The notes below the pieces were generated by a model that saw only the letters and a list, made by a program, of their open reading frames with translations, ran no database searches and had not been told where the DNA came from. A stretch of 64,000 bases of DNA from the human T2T-CHM13v2.0 reference genome, Homo sapiens: the NCBI RefSeq assembly GCF_009914755.1, contig NC_060927.1; one strand, 5' to 3'. Below, piece by piece: positions 54,410-64,000 of this stretch. Within the stretch, counting starts at the first letter, position 1; each line of letters opens with the position of its first letter. The position numbers and the translations under genes are program-made.

Positions 54410-54545
54410 CCCAGTGCTTAGAAACCTGATCATCATCAAATACAGATTTGTGGGTTCCACCCAAAAAAATTGCTGAATCAAAACCTCTGGATATTGAGCC
54501 TAGGGATCTGTACATTTTTAAAGTGTACAAATAAGCTCCAGACGA
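54410..54545. mobile_element. MER5A-type fragment
   Basis: aaatacagatttgtgggttccaccc...tgctgaatcaaaacctctgg...agggatctgtacatttt...aagctccag. Confidence 0.7.
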
Positions 54546-54899
54546 TGGAACTTATTTGTGTTTGGAACCTTACACGACACAGAAATGTATGCTGCTTTAT
54601 CCTAGTAGAAGCCAGTTTCCTCAGTGCTGATGCAGATCCTGGGGTGGGATGAGGCCCTCATTAAAATGGGGAATTGAAGGGCAGAGGACTAGCAGTTTTC
54701 AGTAAGCAAACCCTAATCAGAGATAGCTATAATTCAGACATGAAGCCACAGCCCTGGAATTAAGTGGCAAGGCCATGAATGGAAAGAAAAACATAAATGC
54801 AGGTATTATACAGAAACATTGAATGGAATGTGTTGGCTGGTTGAATACTAAATGTGTTCAAATATAGTGATACTGAGGTTTGACTTTGTGTCTGAGAAC

Positions 54900-55420
54900 C
54901 AGCATCTTCTCTCGACCTCCACAACCACCTCCCTTGCCCTAATTTGCATTATTGTTACAGCCTCCAGACCAGACTGGTGTCCCTAGGTCCACTCTTGCCC
55001 ATCTCCTTTCCCTTTTCTACCTATGTTGTTTTCCTTGTTACTTTGACCTGTACAGTTTCCTCCCACTACCACCCACATCCCAAGACTTTCAGGAATGCTA
55101 TTTTTGTGCCTAAATTGTCCTTCTCCAGCCCTGACTCATCAATCAGATCTCAGGGCAAACATTCTTCTCAGAGAAGCTTTCTCTCCCCTCCAGTCTAGGT
55201 CAGGCCCCTATTATACATTTGCATGGCTCCCAGTACTTTTCCTTTATTCCTCCTCTCAGGTGTGTGGTAACCTATATTTTTGTGACAATAGAAATAATAA
55301 TATAACCCTTCCACATGAATGCAAACTCCACTGAAGTAGGGACCATATCTCTTAGTACATAATCTACCCAGAATCTAGCACAGTGTCTGAACTAAAATAG
55401 ATACTTGTATTTGTTGGTTG
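54900..55420 (+). mobile_element. L2 fragment incl. 3' end
   Basis: acagcctccagaccagactgg...atgcaaactccactgaagtagggacc...cccagaatctagcacagtgtctga...atacttgtatttgttgg. Confidence 0.75.
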
Positions 55421-55639
55421 GTGGGGGGTGGAAAAAACAAAAAAACTTGGATGGCTGGGAGAATAAGAATACCACTGAAAACACAGAGAAACCAGGAAAG
55501 AAAAAAACAAAATGTTGGATTTCAAGGATTGACAATAAGCTGACAGAAGCAAGTTCAGGTGTAGATATGTAAAGATAATAATAATTACAGTGACATTTTA
55601 CTTAAATGGATAATAGATCATGCACGTTGTGGTTTAGGG

Positions 55640-55990
55640 CTGACTATAATGTTTTGAAACATATCACGTAAGTGGTAATGAAATCCTGAGAAATCCAAAT
55701 GAAAACGGACACATAGACAATAATGTCCAAGAACCAGATGCTGAATCTCAGGGAATGTCCATGGTGAGCTGGTGAGAGAGCTACATGAGAGAAGGATGGA
55801 CCGGAAAGACGTAAGACCAAACAGGATGGTGTAGTGAAACAGCACAAGGAAGGGGGTTTTCCGATCGGCATCATTAAGATGGTCAAATGCTGCAGAGAAG
55901 ATAAGGATGGTAAGGATCCAACAGACCACTGGTATTGGCGAAAGTCTGCCCCTTAAAGAGCTGAGCACTGGAAACTCTATCATGAATGAC
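55640..55990 (-). mobile_element. L2 fragment
   Basis: gtcaaatgctgcagagaagataaggatggtaaggat...ccactggtattggc. Confidence 0.6.
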
Positions 55991-56695
55991 AGGTAAGCAA
56001 GTTAAGCAGTAGACAAAAGCCTATATTCAAGCATCACCCACATGTTTATCTGCAAATGTAACTCCAACATCTTGAATAGGTCACTATGTCCAGCAGCAGA
56101 CAGATTAAAGGCTCTTCGGATAGCATAAATAAACCCAACATTCCTCCCTCACTCTTCTTCCAGTCTTAGTCAGATGCCTGGGATCTACCTTCCCTCTGTT
56201 CAAAAGCATCTCTGACTCTCCTGAATGTTTGCTGACCTAGAACACACATCTTTTCAGGTGTGGTCATTCATCATGCTTTCCTAGGGCTTTCTGGATGGTG
56301 CTATTTTGTTCTTATTAAAAGGGTACTAAAGAAGCACCAACAATGAAGGGCCTTGCCCAAATCTCCCCCAGATTAGAACCCCAACTTGTTCCCATCTGAA
56401 CCAATTACGTCACATACCCTCAGTGAGTATTTACTGATTCTGATGGCAATGTTATGGTCTTTGATTGTACCCACTTTTTTTTTAGCATAACAGAGCTTAT
56501 TTTGTTATCAAATATTTGTGAAATATTTTATTAAATATCATTATAAAAATTCAAAGACACAGTGGCATTCCTTCTTGAGATGCTAATTGGCAAACATAAA
56601 GGGAGGCTGGATTGGGGCAAACATTGAAATCATCCGCCGATGGGGGTTCCGACTGGTCCATAACAACACTGACACCTTAAAGTGTGTAAAAGGTC

Positions 56696-56954
56696 TCCCA
56701 GCACTTTGGGAGGCCACGGCGGGCAGATCACGAGGTCAGGAGATCGAGACCATCCTGGCTAACATGGTGAAACCCCATCTCTACTAAAAATACAACAAAT
56801 TAGCCAGACGTGGTGGCGGGCACCTGTAGTCCCAGCTACTCGGGAGGATGAGGTGGGAGAATGGCGTGAACCTGGGAGGCGGAGCTTGCAGTAAGCCGAG
56901 TCGTGCCACTGCACTACAGCATGGGCGACAGTGCGAGACTCCGTCTCAAAAAAA
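56696..56954 (+). mobile_element. 5'-truncated AluY
   Basis: Starts at tcccagcactttggg; Y features (gagatcgagaccatcctggctaac, gaatggcgtgaacc, gcggagcttgca). Perfect 17-bp TSD aaagtgtgtaaaaggtc at 56679-56695 and 56955-56971. Confidence 0.97.
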
Positions 56955-57864
56955 AAAGTGTGTAAAAGGTCAAAGAGGTCACTAATTTAAGAGTTCCCAT
57001 AAAGCCATAAGGTAATACTGGAAATTAATGCATGTACTCTACCATCTAGCTCACAGCACAGATTTTAAAAAAAGAGGTGAAATATGGACTTGGCCAGTTT
57101 GTATCCAGAACTGGACACCAGAACCAGGAAAGTCAATTTCTTCCAGCATTGATAAGCAGAAATGTGAAAATCTGGTTACAGAAAGAGTTTTACCAAATAC
57201 TGCTTCCTATTTTGAATGTAGTGCTTCACACTCACCTCTGTGTCTCTTTCAGGTCCACTTCACTTAGCAAGTGTGCCCACCTTTGGCTGGGCCCATCCAT
57301 GGCCTCCACGATCAATGGCATAATGGGTCAATTCTCAGAATGTTTACATGTGACCTTAGGGACCCAAAACTAAGCCCAAAGAGAAGGCAGACAAGGGAAA
57401 GGGAAGTTAAATTCCTCCAACCCTTTGCTCTGACATCAGCCTTGCCTTTCCTGTCCTCCTGTTCACCCAAAGCATAGATTTGCTCTTACAAGTAGCCCTG
57501 GATATATCAATAAGTCCTAATGACTTTAATTGTCCATAACTTCGTGATGAGCTAGCAATGTATCATCTAGAAATAGAAGGAAATAGATAGCGGTCTCTTT
57601 CTTTGGTATATTCAGACCACATCTGATATCTGTAATCCATGCTGGGAGCGACATCTTATTAGGGATGCAGAAAAACTGAAGTAAGTTCAAACTATGGTAA
57701 ACAGAGAGCTTCAAAACAATATCATATGAAAACAAAGTGAAGGAATCGGGGCTACACTGCCCTGGTGTAGAGAAGAGTAAGGCAGAGTCGGTGCAGGGCA
57801 GGGAGGCAGGGGACACCAATGCATTGTTAAAATGTACTGTTTTCATTGCTTTTTCCATCTTCCC

Positions 57865-57975
57865 CACAAGACTGTGAGCCTGGTGAGTACAATGACCATA
57901 TCTTATTTGTGTTAGAGTCTCACTACAGGCCTGGGCCTATAATAGGTACTCAGTAAATATTTGGTTTTAAAAAAG
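57865..57975 (+). mobile_element. L2 3' end
   Basis: agactgtgagcc...gaccatatcttattt...aataggtactcagtaaatatttgg. Confidence 0.75.
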
Positions 57976-57984
57976 TAGATAAGT

Positions 57985-58455
57985 GAAAATTGCCTTCAAA
58001 TTTTCAAAGAACTACTATAAGGAAATACTAGATTTTGTACTTTGTGGTCTCAAGTAACACAATCAGGAGCAATGGATAGAAGGTATAAGGAAATATCTTT
58101 GTGTCAATATGAAGAAGAACTTCCTATAGAGCTCGTTAGAAAGGATGAGCATTTTCCTTGGAGGTAACTAACAAAGACCAACCAAATTTGGGCCAGTCAT
58201 AATAATGCATGGGAGATTTGAGCATCAAGTGGGTTTACCTAGATCATAGTTCTAAATCTTTGCTACCCAGTAATCTGAGAGTTCATTTTGTTTTTATGCA
58301 GATGGTCAGCACAATGCCCCAGAAGCTTGGTTTCAACTGGTCTAGGGCATGAGTATTTCTAAAAGCTCTCCAGATGAGTCTAACCAGGAGTGAGAAGCAC
58401 TAGTCTAGATGAAACTTTAAGGTTCCTTCTAAACCTGATACCCTGTGACTCTACA
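57985..58455 (+). mobile_element. L3/CR1 3' fragment interrupted by a MER5B-type element (58245-58402)
   Basis: gagcaatggatagaagg...tcaatatgaagaagaacttcct; tail aaggttccttcta...ctgtgactcta. MER5 flanks acctagat/gtctagat. Confidence 0.65.
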
Positions 58456-59547
58456 TCTGAAGAAATAGGAGTGTCCATTTAAAACACCCCAATTTTGACT
58501 GACTGCCTCATTCATTAGATTTAACATTTGTTAAATAAATAAGGCATCTCCAGCAATATTCCAAACAATATTCCAGATATTCCAAACAGAATAGAAAATT
58601 GGATAGACAGAGAGAGAGGAAAAGACAGTGAGTGTGTGCTGTATTAAAAAACATATCTTGATTTGTAGTTTGCAAATTCTAAATAATTGGATTTGCACTT
58701 TATCAAAATTTTAGAAAGTGCTGGCTGTACAAACATGTAAATTTCTTCTCCTGAAGTTTCCTGATATGGAACCTCAGCAGTTGGATCACCAGTAGGTGTG
58801 GATTTAATCAAAGACCTCAGAATTCTCAAATCTCAAAACACTGTTTGAGACCTTTCAGCCTGAGGGCTGAAAATATAGAAAGTGAATGGGAGAGTACATA
58901 TGGTTGTTAGAATGCAAGTAGATGACAATTAGATAATTGCATATGCTGCTTTTTATCCTAAACTATTTTAGTAAAAGTCTGCTCTTTGGTAAATGAATAA
59001 TTCACTTATGTATCTCAAATGCATTTTAAATGTTTCATATTTGAAAGTGCGGTAAGATATATTTATATAATTTATCACTTTTTAATAGGTTGAGAAGTGG
59101 TTTGGGGCCCTAGACAGAAGAAACTGATCACCTGAATTTCTAGGAAAATAGAAAACGGATGAGCATTTCATTCTTTCCTTTCATCCAATAACTAGAGGAA
59201 AATTCCATTTAATACCTCCTCTAGTTTCTGGTTTCCTTTGATTTGGCTCCCAAGATCCTGACTAGGTTGACTGAGTCTGTTCAGTTACCTGTGGTTCCCA
59301 ATAATTGAGGACTTAACTTATCTACACCTGCGCCCTTAGAAGAGATCATAATTTTAGAATAAATGTATCATATTATCAAAATACAAAAGTCTTAAAAACA
59401 CATTGAAACAAATATACAATTAACTTCCAGTAAAGACAGTTGGGTGGTAAGAAGGCACAATGCCATATCCATAAAGTCTCAACACTCTAAGTGCAGCAAC
59501 AGAAGGTCAGCTCTTCAAGCAGACAGGTATATAATACTATCTATTAA

Positions 59548-59877
<330 letters not shown>

Positions 59878-60059
59878 TGAACAGAGTTTTTGGAGAGTGA
59901 TCACTATATTCTGGGTAAAAAGGTTCAGAAATTGAAAACATTATTACCTTCAAGAATGAAATTTCTACATGGTAATTTTTAATAAGATTCATGATCAAAT
60001 AATTTTCTTTATAAAACCATTGTCTTTTAAAAATTCTATTTCATTTTTAATAAGTCTAT

Positions 60060-61330
60060 AGTACAGCAAGAGAAAAGGTAGGAGCCTCTGGGATGAGTGG
60101 GTTTTCCAATTTTAAATAGGATGATCAGAGAAGGCCTTACTGAGAAGGTGACATTTTGGGAAAAGAACCTAAGTAGGTGAGGGAATTAGTCATGCAACAT
60201 ATATGGAGAAAGAAAGTTCTAAGCAGAAGGAGCTGCAAATGAAAATCTTCTGAGTAGGAATGTGGCTGGAGTATTGGAAGTCAGTGTTGTCACTGATGAC
60301 ACACAGAGAGAAAGAGACTATTAGGACATTAGCTCAGAAATGGGTTTAAAGAGCCTTCTAGACCTCTGTAAGGACTGGCAATTACTCTGAGAGAAATGTG
60401 GATCCATTCAAGATTTTCAGCAGAGGAGTAGCGTAATCTGAATTTTGTTTTTAAAGCATAATCCTGGCTGCCACATTGAAGCTCTACTACAAGGGGCCAG
60501 GGCAGAAGCAGGAAGACATTCAGGAAGGGTATTGCAACAAACCAGGTGAAAGAATATGGTGGCTGGGACCACCACAGTGACAGCTGAGAAATGATAAGCC
60601 ATGGTCAATTCTGGATGTACAGATATTGGGAAGATAAAACCATTAAGCTATGCTGATGCACTGAAGTAAAATGTGAGATCAAAAGATAAGAATGACTTCA
60701 AGGGTTTGGGCTCAAGCAACTAGGAGGAAAGAGTTGCCATTTACTGATAAGGGAAGACTAGGAGGCACATGTTTGGGGGAGAAGTTCACTGAGACATTAA
60801 TTTTTCAACATGCCTGTTACCAATTCAAGTGGAGAGTTCAGCAAGCACACGGTTATATGTATCTCTAGTCCGCAGGACAGTTTCAGGCCAGATATATACA
60901 TTTTGGCATCTTCAGTAGATAAATTGAATTTAAATCCATGAGATGGGATGGGCATGAGTATAGACAAAATAGGAAAGACATCCAAGGACTGAACCCTAGG
61001 GGACCCAATATTTAGAAGTCAGGAAGATTAGGCTGCATCAATCAATGGGAGAGAGATGGAGCAGTCACTGAGGTGCAAGGAAACCAGAAGAGTGTGATGT
61101 CCTCGAAGCCAAGTGAAGAAATGGTTTCAAGTAGAAAAGTATAACCCAACGTGTTAAATGTGATGATAGCACAATTAGAATGGGAGCTGGGAACTGATCT
61201 CTGTTTTTAGCTGTGGGGAGGGCATTGGTGGTCATTATGAGAGTAATCTGGCTGCAGTGGAGGGAGTGAAAGTCCTGAATGGAACGGATTTGAGACAGAA
61301 GAAGAGGAAGTATAGAGAGCAGGCAGAAAT
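60060..61330 (-). mobile_element. L2a long fragment
   Basis: ggatgatcagagaaggccttactgagaaggtgacattt...gagttgccatttactga...ccaaggactgaaccctagggga...gtgtgatgtcctcgaagccaagtgaagaa. Confidence 0.88.
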
Positions 61331-62094
61331 GATCCAAGTAGCCATCACAGAGTGCAGGAGACAATGAAGAACTAAATGGATGTATCCCCCAATTAAAGCA
61401 GTTGAACTCAGCACACATAAAATGGGCTCCATATTCCTACTCTTAGAGGAAGGAAAGAGCTGCTCATCTCTTTCTCATAAGGTGATTCATTTTTAAACTG
61501 CTTCATCTTGTCAGCCTACCTGGCCTCCGAATCTAAGTCACAGTATTTCTGCTCAATTTGACAAACTCATCTGTGGCAGGCTTAGATTTCATCTCCAACC
61601 ATTTTTGTAGGCCATAATACAATTCCACACCCCAAATGCCTCAGGTCTCCACCCAATCAATAAATTGCAGTTAATGTCCTTAGGGAAAATGTTCTTTGAT
61701 GAGTGTCAGTGTTAGCAGCCAATCCAAGCCCATTAACTTTCACATCTGGAAATAAGGTAAGGAAAATGAGGCTGATGTCTTCAATTTAGTTTTGATTTAT
61801 CAGCATCACAATAACCTGACTCAACTACATACAATTCAGGGTGATTGGATGAATTTGCTGAGTAGAGGCCCAGGACTGAACTAATAAGGAGGTGGAAGGT
61901 TAGGATCCAGGACTATTGGCAGAGTTGTTTCAAAGGACCAGGGGTAGAGTCATGGAGCAAGAATAAAAGGGCACCAAGTAAGACGCGCAGAGGCTCAAAT
62001 CCCAGAAAAGCGATCAGGGCTGATGTAGCTCCACATCACTCACACTTCCTGTGACTTTTGATCCTTGCTATCATCTAAAACAAACAAACATTTC

Positions 62095-62240
62095 TATAAT
62101 TTAATCCCCTTAAATTGTCTTATTGTCTATTTTTTTCATTCAAGTCCCTTAGCAGGCAATCACCTCCATTTCATAGATGGAAAAACTGAGCTCGAAGAGG
62201 GTAAAATACACAGAACAGTTAACAGTGAGAGCAGGTAAAA
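62095..62240 (-). mobile_element. MIR fragment
   Basis: ctccatttcatagatggaaaaactgagctcgaagagggtaaa. Confidence 0.7.
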
Positions 62241-62545
62241 GAGCACGCTTTGTTTCAGTTAACAACATATTCCCCTAAGGAAGCAAGGAATTGGCTATTT
62301 GCAATTAACCAGATTTGGGAAGTATATATATGTAATGGGGTGAAAAAAGTTTTATCAGCTAACAACACAATTCTCCTTATGGAGAAAATGGCCCATGGTT
62401 AGAAAAATACCTATTTATGAAATAGCAGATTTTGATTTATCCAGAATAATTCAAAATTTTGCCTTTTATCCGAGGGAAATTATTAATACTGTCCACTTTA
62501 ACTTTCAAAATTGTTCCAGTTCCTAGGATATAGTCACCCTACTGA

Positions 62546-62548
<3 letters not shown>

Positions 62549-62581
<33 letters not shown>

Positions 62582-62605
62582 CTCCACACACACATACACA
62601 CCCCA
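62549..62605 (+). repeat. (CT)n / (CA)n microsatellite
   Basis: Seen directly. Confidence 0.9.
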
Positions 62606-63625
62606 CATATAAGCTACCTGAGTAGAGGCAAGTAGGAAGGTGAGATCCTACCCAAGAGTAGCGATTAGCCAAACAGCTCTGCCTTTCATATAAACATGAA
62701 TAGAAAGAAGAACAGAAGAGAGAAAAGAAACAAGTAAAATTCAAAGAAAGTAGGCAGATAATGCATGGCTGGGGTACTATGTTGGGATTAATGGTCAAAT
62801 TCTCTTCCCAGTAGCAAGGTGGCCAAAGGACTTTTAAGAACAAGGATATATGATTTTCAATTTGAAATTATTTTTGTTGCTACAATATAAAGCCCTCCCT
62901 TTCTCCCTCTTCAGTCAAGTCTACCATATATGCAACTGCTTTATGTAAGATTTTTTTTAATACATAGAAATTAAGGAAACCTGAGATCACAGCCAGGGCT
63001 AAGTGACAGAGAACAAAAAGAATACACAAACGACAAATGATAATGCAAAAACTAAAATACAGGGAACCAGAAGGTTAGAGCCAAAGGTGACCACAAACAT
63101 GTAAGTCCCCCAGGAATTCTCAGATTCCTTGGCCTGGTGTGGAACTTTAAGGACAATGTCCTATAATTCTGAAGGAGCAGAAACACCCAGCTCATGCTTG
63201 GGCTTCATAAATAGTGAATGCAATAGGGATTGACAGTTGTTGCTTAATCATAAAAGACAGTCAGTGTTCCTTAATTTTATTCAAAGTTAAACCTATAAGT
63301 ATAAATGTATTCACCAATGTATTAATCTGGAGTCCAGGGTGCTGCTTCTACCATGAGCCTGTTGTTAAGAGTCCTCTATTGTCTTTCTTGTATAAACCAC
63401 AGCCATCATGTAACATCTGATTTCTTTAGATGAAACAAAAAAAAATCTTAATGCAGAATTCTCCTAGACTTTTATGATTTAACTTTTTGCAGATGTTCTG
63501 TCCATTCCTAATTTGATAACAATGCTTATTAACAACTTGTATTTAAATCTTTCCAAAGAAGCTTAGCTTTCATAGAAATGCTTTTTTCTTGCATTAATAT
63601 CCCATCTATTTAGAGGAAGTTTACA

Positions 63626-64000
63626 GAGCTCAGCTCCCTTCCATAATTGGCACCAAAAGCCTACTGACGTACTCGGGTGCTCCGTGTGCTACCATAGGCC
63701 CTCACGGAAACTATCTGTGGTCACACGCACATCTAGTTTAAACGGGCACCCCTGGCCCACTACCATGGGGCTTGTGCCTGCTAAATAGCCTGCTTGGCTG
63801 CACACCCATCTCCCAGAGTACCTGCACCAAATCAGTGTATGACTGCCATTTACTCACAGTTGCTGGTGTCTCACCGGCATCATGCCAAACAGTCTGTATG
63901 GCTGCCATCAGCCACTTGATTAACATGTGCTCACCTTGCCCTTGTGCCAAGCATTGGCACAGCTGCAGCTGCTGACGAAGGGAGGGGTGAGTTGGGATAG
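63626..64000 (-). mobile_element. Class III ERV (ERVL/HERV-S-like) internal fragment: gag remnant joined to pol connection/RNase H-like remnant
   Basis: Minus-strand translation from 64000 to about 63802 gives THPSLRQQLQ...LIKWLMAAIQTVWHDAGETPATVSKWQSYTDLVQVLWEMG (ERVL-gag-like W..W..W..Q.L.E.G spacing). From about 63801 to 63626 it gives AAKQAI*QAQA / GCPFKLDVRVTTDSFREGLW*...VGFWCQLWKGAEL (pol-like). Confidence 0.75.

Noticed and set aside
58552-58590. Short tandem duplications (aatattccaaac; also 4114-4152 tcctcaYgtctaaaatct and 6027-6046 cacagttgat)
   Set aside because: These are two- or three-copy slippage duplications with no spacer structure, so not CRISPR-like arrays.

Overview
This is primate (human-like) AT-rich, CpG-depleted non-coding genomic DNA, either intergenic or deep intronic. 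I cannot support any protein-coding gene, RNA gene or CRISPR array. The ORF track consists of retroelement remnants (L1 ORF2, Alu, ERV gag) and chance ORFs. The window is dominated by transposable elements: about 12 Alu copies or fragments (J/S/Y, most with readable target-site duplications), L1 pieces from L1PA to L1M age, L2/L3/MIR relics, solo LTRs (THE1, MLT1, MLT2, MER57, LTR33-like), DNA-transposon fossils (MER5, MER44, MER45, MER91, Tigger3/4, Charlie), and a class III (ERVL/HERV-S-like) internal fragment at the right edge. The most notable structures are: two 5'-inverted (twin-primed) L1 insertions; a head-to-head Alu pair 16 bp apart; an antisense Alu nested in the 3' end of another Alu, forming a tight foldback; a multi-level nest at 34.8-40.3 kb (MIR > MER5 > MER45 > Alu / L1 > THE1 / inverted L1); and an ERV gag-to-pol deletion junction. 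I found no evidence of a new biological system. Subfamily labels come from remembered consensus sequences and need RepeatMasker/Dfam confirmation.
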